Of a stretch of DNA of 64,000 nucleotides, positions 49,801 through 64,000 are shown piece after piece (position 1 is the first letter of the stretch; each line of letters opens with the position of its first letter). Both the position numbers and the translations under genes were made by a program. The notes under the pieces are model-generated. The model was not told the DNA's origin. It made no database searches and saw only the letters and a list, made by a program, of their open reading frames with translations. The stretch comes from Priapulus caudatus. Taxonomy: Eukaryota. The stretch is taken from NCBI RefSeq assembly GCF_000485595.1, contig NW_014577086.1:361630-425629 (forward strand), in the 5' to 3' direction.

Positions 49801-51960
49801 GCCTCGAGTGACTAACGATACACGCGGGGTGCTCTGCGCTACCCGCGCTCTGATGCTATCAAGCTGTGCACAACTAAAATGCCACGTCATCCGTCGCTAG
49901 TACCCGATAAAGTAGGCTAGCGCCATATGCGCTTAGATCTATATAGCAATGGTTCAGCAAATCGGCCGAATGATTGTATATTTTAGTCTCGAGTATAGAC
50001 ATGTCAAAATAAAGACACTTACTAACATCCCTGCTAACTTATTCGAACCTCGTACCCCACTCACCGTCATGTCGCGGAGTAATTAGACATCTCGAAAAAC
50101 GACCCAAGCCAAAGACACAACACGTTAGGTAGAGTTAGCGTGCAACAGTTACCCATTCTCTTATTTGCAGTACTTTATAAATTGAAACGCATGTCAACCG
50201 CAGCTGAGGGAAAATAGACAGGCGTAGCCATATTGAAAACGATTCTTCTCTGACAATACCGCCTGTTTACAGCAAGGTAGCTGTAACTTGTGTGAATCCA
50301 ATTAGACATGTACACGCTCAGCAGGAGAGGCCTGATAGCTTCCAAACCTTGAAAACAGGTATCCGCCTCCTCTTGTCAGCTTTGTTTGCTATTATAGGTT
50401 ATTATTATTGCTATTATGTTTGCTATTCTTATATAGATGAACTTTGGCTTCCGCACTGCAAGTCCATACGTTATTGTTTGTATAATAATAAAGCTGTTGT
50501 AATCAATACTAACATACGATGACTCGGGGAATCTGAAGAAATAATATAAATCAAGCATTTGCCGGCGTTTGGGCGACCAAAAGTAACACAGAACGGCTAA
50601 TTAAAGACCAATATCAGCTGCTTGTGACTACTACTCTGATTTTTGGCCTCTAAACGCAGAAGCACAGTTTCGCGTTGCGGTACAACGCGGGATATTCTTT
50701 TTTGTGATTAGACAGTTGTAAATGCTGTGCGGTGAAAAGCGCAGCAGGAAATTAAGACATAGTTAGCTGCGATAGTTACAGACATTGCCGTCTCTTAACA
50801 GTGCACGGCCATTGTTTCTTGCATCTATCGGATGCTATACTGGCTCTGTATATATAGCGCGTAGGTCCTACAGCATATCGATGCAGAAACAGGCACATGC
50901 AATAAGCCGTGAATAAGTGTTAATAATGATAGTGGCTGTACCTTACACGGATTGCAAAAAAGAAGATCGGCCTCCTGAATAGGATTACATAGCAACTGAT
51001 TCCCGAAGAGAGAGTACACGGCATCAATGCAGGATTTAGAAAATTACATGTTTACATGTTTTTAAATGCTTTAACTGTGGCACAGTAGTACACCGTACAG
51101 CACCACGCATATATGCTCGTGCGCGCGCACACGCACTCACGAACACACATACGTGCATAGCATGAACGTAGCGTACGGGCGTTGGAAACATAGCGTGGTT
51201 GATCAGTAAACACGCACGAGCGTGTATAATATGAATTATTGATCACCTATTTTGCTTGATTTAATAATTAAACAGTACGGCACCGTGAAAAATGAATTAA
51301 TTCTTCGCCATCCATGCCATCCATCCATCCATGCCACCCACGCCACACGCATTCCATTCATCCCACCGCACCCTCCACCCACCATCCTTTAATCCATGGC
51401 GCATAACATCCACTGGTCCATCGCCCATGGCCATCGCCATCCATCCATCATCATCCATCCATCCATCCATCAACCCATCCATCCATCCATACATCCACCA
51501 TCATCATCCATGCCATGCAGTCCATCCATCATCCATAGCCATTCCATCCCATGACATAATATCATCCATAATCTCCATTGCCATCCTACGCATCACCGAT
51601 CAATCCATGCCATCATCATACCATATCATCCCTTCCATCAATGCATGAGAGCCATCATGTCCATCCATCCAATCCATACCATCATCCATCATCCATCCAT
51701 GCCATCCATCCATGCCATTCCACTCCATCCAAATATATTCCATCTCAATCAATCCATCGCATGCGCATCCATCCCATGCATATATCCATCCATCAAATCC
51801 ATCCCATGCCAAATGACCATTCCCTCCATGCCATGACCACCCAGACCTTCATTCTTCTTTACACCAAACCACACATTTATATACATCATACATACTTTTA
51901 CATTTGTTTTACATACTTTTCACATACATACATACATACATTGTACACCCATGTGTGTGT

Positions 51961-52003
<43 letters not shown>

Positions 52004-53200
52004 TGTGTGTTGTGTATGTGTGCGTGGTGTGTTTGTGTGTGTGGTGTGTGTGTTGTGTGGTGTTGTGTGTGTATGTGGTGTGTGTGTGTGTGCTGTGTGG
52101 GCGTGTGCGTGTTGTGTGTATATGTGTGTACGTGTGATGTGATGTTGGTGGTGTGTGTGTGTGATGTGTGTGTGTGTGTGACGTGTGCGTGTGTCGTTGT
52201 GTGTGTATGTGTGTGTGCGCCACCGTGTGTGTGGTGTGTGTGTGTGCGTTGTGCGCTGGTAATTGTTTCCGTGTGTCTGCTGCGTGCGTTGCGAAGGGTG
52301 CCTGCTGTCGTGGCGTAATGCTTCTGGTGGCACGTATATGCTATCCTGCGTGGCTTCCTACTACAAAATACGCACGCACGGGCAACGATGCACGTATAGG
52401 GCATATTTACTCGGAAATCATCCATTAAAATTGGTATCGTGACTTCAATCGGTAATTCATTATAGTTGCACGTGTTAACATTATATAGCATTAATTTTAT
52501 TAAGCAACAGTCCATATGAAATATCACGCCGGAAAGGTGCACATGCAGTGCCTGTCACGACTATTTCGGCCTCCGTCTCTCCCTCCGTCGTGGCCATTAT
52601 GTTCGGCTCCGTCACTCATCCACCGCGCGTCACCAACATTCTGTTTTCTACAGCTAAATATTGTACATCCATAACTTGCTCGATTTCGCCTTAACAGCAC
52701 GAGTAATGTAATATCCCCTGGCTTGTAAAAAAAATCAGATACACTCGAAATGGTTATTTAGATCCGGAAGGCGGCTAGTTCGTGTAAAGAAGAAGTTTTC
52801 TTGCCTGGATTGATTAATTGATGAACCAACAAATTACAGCACCGCGCTTAGCATGCCCAGAACTACAGCCGGCTTCGTACTGCTGCAGCTGTGTGAATAT
52901 TGGAACACGCGTGTCACAATCGCTGACGAGTCTAATCTATATTTGAGTATAGCTATCTATGCGGCATAATAATCGTCTGCAGACGCTGCTGTAACGCGAC
53001 AGCACGCACGACTCACGCGGCGATGTCTTCTTCGAGATCCGAACTGTCGTCTGTCACGAAGGGTTTATGTCAGCATGCAATATTACTCCGCAGGCGTAAA
53101 CACTGAACGGCGACGGTGATGACACAAGTCAACAACCTAACGCGCCAATACGAACGAGCTTATTAAACGACAGTATATGACCGCCGAAAAGCGCGCGCCA
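46790..53200 (+). repeat. Segmental direct repeat, copy A
   Basis: Colinear with 57220-63240, from GGATTTATAAGGGCGATG to TATTAAACGACAGTATATG. Confidence 0.93.
48546..49196. mobile_element. Kolobok-type MITE (TTAA TSD), copy A
   Basis: TTAA|AGGGACAGT...ACTATCCCT|TTAA. Confidence 0.75.
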
Positions 53201-53808
53201 CACACACTCCACACGCACAACACGCATGCACGCACACGCACAACAACACACGACACACAGCACCACACACACACAACACACACACACATATATGCACATC
53301 ATGCACACACACAATCCGCACACACAACACACAACACAACACAACACACACACACCACAGCCCACACACACACACAGCACACACACACACACACACACGC
53401 ACACAACACACCCACCCCACACACACACCACCACACACACATACTGTTTTTTGCACACCGCGCGACGGCACAGCATGCGGCAGCACACACGCGACCAACG
53501 CACACACACACAGCGATCATGCGCACAACAACACACGGCGCGCCACCCACACACACGCACAGCGCACACCCCCAGCCACACATATAGCTTGTACACACAC
53601 CACGCAACCAGCACACCTCCGACACGCCGCAGCACACACACACGCAGCTAGCGCGCACAACACAGGCACGCGCAACACGACACAGCACACACACACACAC
53701 ACCAGCACAGTCACCACACACATACACACACACACACACAGCACCACAACACACATCGCACACACACACACACACTCACGCACTACATGCACATCACTGG
53801 GGACAGCG

Positions 53809-53844
<36 letters not shown>

Positions 53845-54175
53845 GAGCGCACGCACGCACCACACGCACACAGCACAGCCCGGCACGCACGACACACACG
53901 GCAAGTGCGGCACGACATCACACGCGCGCGGCGCACACACACACACACACACACCACACACCACACACACATAGCTTGCACAACACGCCCGCACGCACAC
54001 TGACACGCACGCGACGCACACACACACGCAGTTGCGCAGCAACACACGCGCGCGCACACATCCCACACACACCACACACACGATACACACAACACAGCCC
54101 ACCACACACAGCACACACACACAACACATAGCACGACGCACACACGCACACACTCACGCACTCACGCACTCACAC
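53200..54175. repeat. Long degenerate (CA)n tract
   Basis: Read directly; counterpart at 63240-64000. Confidence 0.9.
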
Positions 54176-57100
54176 AACTGCGCCGGGGGGATGGGGAGCT
54201 CGTAAATATTGACCCACGTTCCGCGTCCAAAACAGCGCGAGTAAACGTGACCTTTCCAGCGCGTGTACTCACCTGGGAGACGGGCGCACACCTTTCCATA
54301 TGTTTGCGAGCCGCGTGCGCGCTCCTGTCGTCGACCGCACCTGACTCACACCGATGCACCGGAAGCAGACGGATATCTGCTCGCCGGATCAGCGTGTGCT
54401 CTCGCCGTCGGTGTCTATGGCAACTACGCTGCTGCTGCTACTGCTGCTAGACGGCTTGCGACGAAAATCCGTGAAGGTGCGTTCAAACGCGAGGCGAAGA
54501 GCAGCATATGGGATGCGACGCACGATTGGCTGAGCGCACGCACTGCGGGGAGAGTGTCGCGCCTGCTGATGGTTGTTACACACGGGAGAACTGCCTGGTT
54601 TGGCCGCTTCCATTCGATGACGGTGCAAAAGGGGTTTAGGCGAAAGGGGTGCGCAATATCACTCCCTCCCCCTTCCACCGGAATAGGCGCCATCCGTACC
54701 CGGGGGAAGATTTTGACCCGCTTACGCCATTCCTCGGGCTAGCAACGCTCGCCAAGCGTTTCAACATCATGCGAGCAACCTGCATTATTACAAATACATC
54801 CCTCCGAACCGCGCACCCCGACGCGGAAATAATAGTCTCGTCCACGATGATATCATCCACTTCGCTCGCTCGCTCCCTCTGGCTATCCCCACAGTGTGAA
54901 GCCTTGCACGCGAGAGATGACTTACGCGTTTACTACACGCCTGTAACTATGCAGATCAATAAGAACGACGTCGCGTATCTTGTTCGGGCGCGGCTCCAGC
55001 TGCCACGAGATTCTTAACACGGGTCTAACGCGGTTTTCAAAAATCATTAGCGCATTACAGGTAGCAACAACGAGGTTGACCTCGTGAAAAAAATAACAAA
55101 CGAACAGCAAAACAGGTCGATGACGAAGAAAGAAGATACGACAAACGAGAGTTCTGTTAAGTACGTTAACAGAAACTCGGAACAACGAGAGACTATAGAG
55201 AAAAGGAAATGCGAGGATGAACTAGTAGCGATGAAGCCGCAGACGAGTGACTAAAAAAAGGAAAGGGAAAAAGGAACGAGGCAAAGTAGCGCACTCTAAA
55301 AAGCTACAACAAAAACGATGCGAAATGTAGTGAAACACACCGACGGTGTAGACAAAAACATACTCTTACGGCGGAAAACTTCTAAAATCCTAATAGGATA
55401 CAAGTAATATACCTAAGGTAAACAAACCAATAACTTCCCAAACTACACTGCAATAAAGTACAATATGTGAAGTCTTAAGCCCGGCGCACACGTGAGTTAT
55501 TTCACTCAAGTAAAATGACGCATGAGTCAAATTACTCAACGAAAATCCGCCGCACACCTGAGTAAAATGACTCATGCATATATTTTATATTTTATTTCAC
55601 CGATGCATATATATATATTTTATGCATCGACATCCGGTAGCTATGAAATGGGTGTAAGAATAATAACAGTATGAAAATAAGCATATGTCCTTATAATAGC
55701 ATTCAGAATCGAGAATGTTGACAATTTCATACAATATAGGCCACGATGTTTTTTAATGTTTTTCTTTTCAACTACAATGCATTTACTTGTCGCGCGGAAA
55801 CCCTGACCACAGCTTTTATGCACACATGTTTTGCCTACATGACAAATTCAAATTTAATGTACGTGTGTTTTGCGCAAGTAACAAGTTTGTTGTATGCATA
55901 TTTTGTGTACGTATCAAACTTGAATCACGAATTTTTGGCGTTATCATGGCAAATTCGATGTGAGCATATTTTGAGCAAGTAACAAACTTGATATGCGCAT
56001 GTTTAGTCTAGGAAAGAAATGATGTGTGTTATTGTTTTGATTAAGTAACAGATTTGACACGTGGATGCGTTGTGTATTATGCGTTGCTGTTTTGTATGTT
56101 CCGTGAGAGTAATGCGCTCGGCGCTCGCATTTGGTGCGTAAGTAGCAACTTAGATGATGTATACGTATGATATAATTCTTGCCTGGAATATTCACACTGT
56201 ATTGTTGAGCTAGTATTCATGCGTGCATCTGAATCTATAATCTTTTCTGTTGCTCTTGATTTTACTGCGAAACTCCACCTACAATCTGCATGCGTCTAAT
56301 CCGTTTCCCGCAGCTGTCAATATTGAAACTGACAAATGTTCCGGGCAAATGTATAATAGAATACTTGGGAAAATCGTCCACGGATGATTGGGTCCTGTTG
56401 AGAATGTCAATATGTACCATGATGCCTCCTAGCAACGATTTCGAAAATTTATTTGTGTTGACATTAAACACGTAGAACGTTATAAGGTTATATTCTGGAA
56501 CGTTGCCATAATTTGAATATATGTTATCTACGTATATATATGTACTATATATGTATGTCTGTTATTGCCAAATGTGATGGCATAAAATTGCACATAATGG
56601 TAAATTGAATTTTATTCAAAGTACGATACTGTTCAAAGACGACAGCAAATATAGTCAGCTATTTACTTCCCCATAGGAAGATAATATTTTACGAGAAGCA
56701 GCTAAGAAATTTGGAGCCTATTGTCTAAAAAAATTCGTTTTAACCTTAGTCTTAACTTTTTATCGTAAACCAGACCTCTCTACACTGCTTTTGAGAAGTT
56801 CATTGTCGTTTCTGTCAACAGTCGGTGAGAAAAAGGCAATGAAGACTAATAAAAAGACTAATTTTAAGACTAATTTTGTTACTAACACGGCCCCTGACAT
56901 ACATCTAACACTACTATGTTTGTTACAATTTTCGCTTACCAGCATCCTAACGAGATAAACATATAGACAAAATATAGAGTCCTTATCCCCCGCTATCAAT
57001 TCTCCCTCTCGAGTTGTGTCTAGCGGGCTTGAGGAAGGAGAGAGAAGTACACAGCAATGTATATAGTTATTCCTTACAGCCGATTGACGAATACATTTTT

Positions 57101-57219
57101 GCTCAATACAATTTGGATGATGCGGTAACATACCAGAATGGCGTGTGCGTGCGTGCGTGCGCGTGTATGTACGTGCGTGTGTAGGACGGACGGACGGACG
57201 GACGGACGGACGGATGGAT

Positions 57220-60200
57220 GGATGGATTTATAGGGCGATGAGTAAAGGGGTGGATAGATAGCAGACGTAGACTGTCATATCTTAGATGGATATATCCCAC
57301 TGGCTATCGTATTTTAAATGGATGTCGTAGGGTGCAATACCCTAGATGGATATCGTACACTATCGGTAATCGACTGTGTAATTTGAAGATTCACTTGTTA
57401 ACGCCCACAAGCTCACTCTATGTGACGTGAGATGTACGAATGAGGGTGTCATGTGCGCTAGGGCTCCGAGCGCAAACATTTTCAATTAGTCTGCTGGACA
57501 CAGTGCTGTATTCGAATGCCTTTGACATTCTCGATTCTCGCCTAAAAATGCACTGTCGTCTGTAATATAACGATGAGTTTTTACGTTAGTGAACGTAATA
57601 AAGTGGTAAAACGCAATAACAACTAGGCCGCGTTTTCATCTCTCGGGGGTTTGTATGACGTTAGCTAACTCTTTTCGTTAAATTATAGTGGCCTCGGGAG
57701 TAGGTGACAGATTAATTACTGATAAAATGAGCAATAGCCCATCATGATCTGCAGAATCGTGACGCTATAGTGACGTAATCTCACCCATGATAAAAATATC
57801 GAAGTGACGGTGTTAAAACACGTTATAATTTATTCAAATAAAATGCGCAAAATACAACGCCCATATATGCAACAGCATATAAAACGGATTTTAATCTTAA
57901 ATAGAGCAGATCTTGTGCAATATAGAGTGCACTCTATAACGCTATAACAATAACCGAAAACATAACTATACGGCTAAACCGTCACCTTTAAAATACCAAG
58001 AACTCTAATGTCGTGTCGATTTTAAACATACGTGCAGTTTCCCTAGGAAAGTGTGTAATAACATGCCGATGTCCTCAAACGGACTCGTGCATGCAAACGC
58101 GTCAACTTGATATTCATGGCAGAGTAACTACGCAATAGACCGCCAATAAAAGTGGCTTTTGTGGAACAAGAAGCCGATGTGCGGCAAGTGATTTTGTAGC
58201 GAGTAGAGTAGTTGTGATTTAGACGGAACTAGTTTACTCTGAAGTGAATACGGGAAGGGGCTTTTTGGCTTGTAATTTCATAGCAACGGAGCCGTACGTT
58301 CTACTCATCAGCAGCAGCGGCAATCGTGGCTGGGCTTGTAATAATGCGCGTGCAAGAACGGTTGGAAACTAATGTCCGTATGTCTAGTCTCTTTTTTCAC
58401 TGCGATTCCGAACGGACAGATTTATGTGTTAGCCTCCCTTCTCACGTGAATTATCGCGTCACTGACCGCGTGTTCGTTTAACTATACGTATATATGTATT
58501 GCGTTTAGCGCGTGTGATCAGTACCAGCTATACGCAGCCATTGCGGATCATGTATGGACATCACACGCCTAATCGAGCTTCTTACGCGGCTGCCGTTCTT
58601 CAGGTCGATTATGCAGCACTTCAAACATACGCGCTCATAACAACATCATCATTGACCTGTTTGATCGTGTAACCTCGCACCGTCGCCGCGTATGCCTGTA
58701 ATTAATTAATAGTCGCCATGCAGCTTTCTATTAGGTGCTCGGCAGGAAAACGTTGTTGATATGTAGTTTTCTGTACGCTTGCTAAGCCCGCATTCCTAGA
58801 AGGTGAAATTTCGTGAGATCGCAATTGCATGACGCACCATGTCCTGCATTTGATGGTGAATCTAGCGGTTAAAAGACACGAATAAACAATTATTTATTAA
58901 TTAAATCTACTATTAAAGGGACAGTAGCCTCTAGGATTTTACTGCATAAAACTGTACTTACTGTATAACAAATCGTCTATACCCATACGTATTTGTTACC
59001 GGATATCTAATTTCATTGTTATAATTAATTACACATCAACGCTACGAAATTTGAACGGCGCCATGACACCCGCGACCGTGCTGCCACCCCTAAAAAGTTG
59101 CGTATTTGACAATTTATTTTGCATGTTACAGACCGAGGGCTAATCACAAAAGTGCAATTATATTTATACCTAAATGCTATTTAACCAAACGATATTCATT
59201 TTAGGGCAAATTTATCCATATTATAACTGAAACTATATTTCGTTTATAAGATATTACAATCCTTTTGCTTTTAAATGAATAAATAAGAAACACCCTCGGT
59301 CTGCATTAGCCCTTGACTGAAAAGTGGTTTTGCGCAACTAATCAGATCATGCGCTTTGAGTGGTGCCACCGTCGTTGTAATTAAACTGTAGTCGTTAGTT
59401 TTAAAACATTTTTTAATAATATTTCTAATGATGATTGAACCATGAAACTTTTTATCTAGCGTAATTTTAACCTAAATTAACTGAAAATAACCCTAGAACC
59501 TAGAGTAAACTATCCCTTTAAATACTCAAGTGTGTCGAGTAGATATTGAATAGCCACGCCATCTACTATATTATGGTTTTTATCATGTGCGTACACCTAA
59601 CTGAGCTGAATTTTACCGACTACAGCCACAGTATCGTCTTAGATGATTTTACCTGGGTACCTAAACAGTACGCAATTTATATGCATTCATAGAGTACTAA
59701 CATTTAAATGCTTTCGTAGAGAGGGGCAGTCTGTGCAGCATGCAAAATACAATGTATTGTAATTGCCAAAATAATTAACCGTATAGGTATATGACATGCA
59801 ATGCATCGACCTTTTGCAATGCATGCAATGCATGCGCCTACTAATTATGAAAAATCGCAACGGATTCGGCTCGCTCAGCTTATATCACACGGAATTTATA
59901 CAAAACGTTACGAGGATTGTTTTCCGACGACTCAAATAGCGTCAGCCGACCAGTCGGATATTAGTGACTGATCATTAGTGACGTCACTCTGTCGTTAATC
60001 ATCAGTACAATCGTGTAACTAAGACGAGCGCGCCGGATGCAACGGCTTCTCTGAAACGCCACCACACGTCCAGTATTCCCCAGCGAATGCCCTCGAGTGA
60101 CTAACGATACACGCGGGGTGCTCTGTGCGTACCCGGCAGCTCTGAATGCTACAAGCGTGCACAACTAAATGCACGTCAATCGTCGCCTAGTACCGGATAA

Positions 60201-62190
60201 ATAGCTAGCCGCCATATGCGCTTAGATGCTATATAGCAGGTTAGCAAACGGCGAAATGATGTATATTTAGCTCGAGTATAGACATGTAAAATAAAGACAC
60301 TTACTAACATCCTGCTAAATTAATTTGAACCTCGTACACCTACTCACCGTCATGTCGCGGAGTAATTAGACATTCGAAAAACGAAACAAGCCTAAAGACA
60401 AAACACCGTTAGAGAAGTTAGGTTGGCAACAGTTACCTTCTCTTATTTGCAGTATTTATTAATTGAACGCATGTCAACGCCAGCTTGAGGAAATAGAAGG
60501 CGGTAGCCATATTGAAAACGATTCCCTTGCTCTGACAATACCGCCTGTTTAACAAGGTAGCTGTACGTGTGTGAATCCAATTAGACGATTGTACACGCTC
60601 AGGCAGATGAGCCTGATAGCTTCCACCTTGAAAACAGGTATTCGCCTCCTCTTGTCAGCTTGTTTGCTATTATAGTTATTATTATTGCTATTATGTTTGC
60701 TATTTTATATAGATGAACTTTGGTTCAGCACTGCAAGTCCGTTGTCCGTGCACGTTTTGTTTTAATAATAAAGCTGTTGTAATCAATACTAACATACGAT
60801 GACTCGGGAATCTGAAGAAATATATAAATCAAGATTTGGCCGCGTTTGGGTGGACCAAAAGTAACACAGAACGCTATAACGACAATTCAGCTGCTGTGAT
60901 ACTACTGCTGTATTTTTTTGCCTCTAAAACGGCAGAAGCACGTTTCCGTTGGCGGTACAACCTGGGATATTTTTTGTGATAGAAGTTGGTAAACGTTGTG
61001 CGGTGAGAAAGCGCAGCAAGAATTACAGACGATATAGTTTAGCTGCGATAGTTGCAGAACATTCTCTCTAACATGTGCACGCTCATGTTTTCCTTGCATC
61101 TATCGATGCTATATGGCTCTGTATATAACTCGTAGGCTCTACAGCATATGCAGAAACAGGCACATGCAATAAGCCGGAATAAGTGTTAAATAATTGATAG
61201 TGGCTGTACCTACACGCATTGCAAAACGAAGATCGGCTCCTGAATAGGATTACATAGGCAGACTGATTCCCGATATTAATGCATACACGGCATCAATGCC
61301 AGGATTTAGAAAATTACATGTTTACATGTTTATGCTACTGTGCACAGTAGTAGCACGTACAGTCACACGCATATATGATCGTGCGCGCGCGCACACGCAC
61401 TCACGAACACACATACGTGATAGCATGGACGTAACGTACGCGCGTTGGAAACATACGTGGTTGATCAGTAAACACGCACGAGCGTGTATAATATTAATTA
61501 TTGATCACTCTATTTTGTGATTTAATAATTAAACAGTACGCACGTGAAAATGAATTAATTCTTCCATCCATCCATCCATCCATCCATCCATCCACCCACC
61601 CACCCATCCATTCATCCTACCCATCCATTTATCCATCCATCCACCCATCCATCCATCCATCCATCCATCCATCCATCCATCCATCCATCCATGCGCCATA
61701 CCGCGCGCGGCCATCATCCATCCATGACCTCCATTCCATCATCCATCTATCCATCCATCCATAACCATCCATGCCATCCATCATCCATCCATCCATCCAT
61801 CCATCGCATCCATCTATCCAATCCATTCCATCCATCAATCCGTCTCACTCGTCCGTCCGTCCGTCCGTCCATCCCATCCATGCCACCATCAATCCATCCA
61901 TCATCCTCCATCCTATCCATATATCCATTCCATCAATCCATCATCCATCATCCCTCCATACCATGCCAACCATCTTCTTCCTTTACACCAAACCAACCAC
62001 ATATTTAATATACATCATACAACTTTTACATTTGTTTACATCTTTTCCAACCATAACATAACATACATACATTTGTACACCATTGTGGTGTGTGGTGTGT
62101 GTGTTGTGTGTTGTGTGCTGGTGGTGCTGTGTGTGTGTAATGTGCTGTAGCGTGTGTGCGCTGTCGTGTGTGTGTAGTGTGTGTGTGTGC

Positions 62191-62222
<32 letters not shown>

Positions 62223-62275
62223 GTATGTGTGTTGTGTGTTAGTGTGTGTGTGGTGGTGTGTGTGTGTGTGTTGTG

Positions 62276-62308
<33 letters not shown>

Positions 62309-63240
62309 TGTGCGCGCAACGCGTGTGTGTGTGTGTGTGTGCGTTGTGCGTTTGTATGTTTGCGTGTGTGCGTGCGTGCGTGCGAGGGTGCCTGCGTGAG
62401 CGTATGCCTGTCTGGTGCACGTATATATACGTGCGTGGCTTCCTTCTACAAATACGCACGGGCACATGCACGTATAGGGCATATTTACTCGGAAATCATC
62501 CATTAAAATTGGTATCGTGACTTCAATCGGTAATTCATTATAGTTGCACGTGCACATTATATTAGCATTAATTTTATTAGCAACAGTCATGATGAAATAT
62601 CCCGGAAAGGTCACATGCAGTGCACTGTCACGATATTTCGCCTCGTGCCATTATGTTCGGCTCCGTCACTCATCCACCGCACGTCACCAACATTCTGTTT
62701 TCTACAGCTAAATATTGTACATCCATCAATTGCTCCGATTTTTCGCATTAAACGCACGAGTATATGGTAATATCCCTGGCTTGGTAAAAAAAATCAATAC
62801 ACTCGAAATGTTTATTTAGAGTCACGGAGCGGCTATTCGTGTAATCGAAGTAATTTTCTTTGCGTGGATTGATTATTGATGAACACAAATTACACCCGCG
62901 CTCAGCATGCGCTCAGAACTAAGCGCTTCGTACTGCTGCAGCTGTGTGAATATTGGAACAGCGCAGTGTCCACAGATCGCGACAGAGTCTAACTATATTT
63001 GAGTAACTATCTATGAGGCAATAATGCGTCTGCAGACGCGGCTGTACGCGACGCACGCACGACTCACCGGCGATGTCTTCTCTCGACGGTCGAACTGTCG
63101 TTCTGTCACCAAAGGTGTTTATGTCACATGCAATATTACTCGCAGCGTAAACTGAACGCGACGGGATGACAAACAACAACCCGCGACCATACGACGAGCT
63201 TATTAAACGACAGTATATGCCGCCGAGCGCGCGCACACAC
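57220..63240 (+). repeat. Segmental direct repeat, copy B
   Basis: Colinear with 46790-53200; differences are mostly 1-bp indels. Confidence 0.93.
58917..59517. mobile_element. Kolobok-type MITE (TTAA TSD), copy B (part of the duplication)
   Basis: TTAA|AGGGACAGT...ACTATCCCT|TTAA. Confidence 0.72.
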
Positions 63241-63443
63241 ACGCACACGCACACACGCACACGCACGCACACACACACACACACACACACACCACACACA
63301 CACACACACACACCACACACATATGCACACACGACACACACACACACACACACAAAACACACACACACACACAACACACACACATATGCACACATGCACA
63401 CACACAACACACCACACACCACACATCAGCACGTATGCACAAT

Positions 63444-63476
<33 letters not shown>

Positions 63477-63497
63477 ACATGGCACACACACACACAC

Positions 63498-63528
<31 letters not shown>

Positions 63529-63883
63529 ACACACTTATATAATATATATATACTTTGCTCACACACACACGCCACGCACCACACCACCACGCACACACGC
63601 AATCGCACACACACACTGCGCACACACACAGCCACACACACGCACACACACAGCAACGCACAATCACACTACTTGCCAACCACGCACGCACGCACATCAC
63701 ACGCACGACGCAACACACACCATTCGCATGGACACACACCACGCGGCGCACAACACACACACACACCACATCACATAACACCACGCACACACACACACAT
63801 ACTTGCCAACACACGCACGCACGCACACACACGCACGCACGCACGCACACGCACACACGCACATCACACACACGCAAACACAC

Positions 63884-63925
<42 letters not shown>

Positions 63926-64000
63926 CACACACACACACACACATACACATGCACACACACACCACACACACTGCACATATATACTTGCCAAGACACGACA

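Noticed and set aside
54180..55390. GC-balanced stretch with 70-160 aa ORFs between the duplicated blocks
   Set aside because: No recognisable domain or splice structure; looks like low-quality read sequence at a junction
51578..64000. Many HT/CV-rich and MDGW-rich ORFs
   Set aside because: Translations of (CA)n, (GT)n and (CCAT)n tracts

Overview
Eukaryotic (invertebrate animal-like), intron-rich draft-genome window with three N-gaps and many microsatellites. It holds three protein-coding genes. (1) Transportin-3 (TNPO3), minus strand: 11 coding exons from ATG 8936 down to 92, continuing off the left edge. (2) TMEM258 (oligosaccharyltransferase subunit), plus strand, head-to-head with TNPO3 (ATGs about 380 bp apart); it has an ATG-only first coding exon and a clear U12-type (minor spliceosome) second intron. 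(3) Synaptotagmin-12-like, minus strand, 45395 to 17281, convergent with TMEM258; one exon carries a frameshift in noisy sequence. Introns contain many non-autonomous DNA transposons with readable TIRs and TSDs: hAT-like with 5/6/8-bp TSDs, Harbinger, Mutator-like, Kolobok-like, Tc1/mariner-like, Helentron-type HINEs, and a six-copy foldback family with 8-bp TSDs that nests inside other elements and itself. There is also an RTE LINE 3' fragment and a RecQ-like helicase relic. The right 17 kb is dominated by a roughly 6 kb direct duplication whose copies differ mostly by 1-bp indels, probably a long-read assembly artefact. I see no convincing wholly new multi-gene system; the best leads are the minor intron, the foldback transposon family and the helicase relic.
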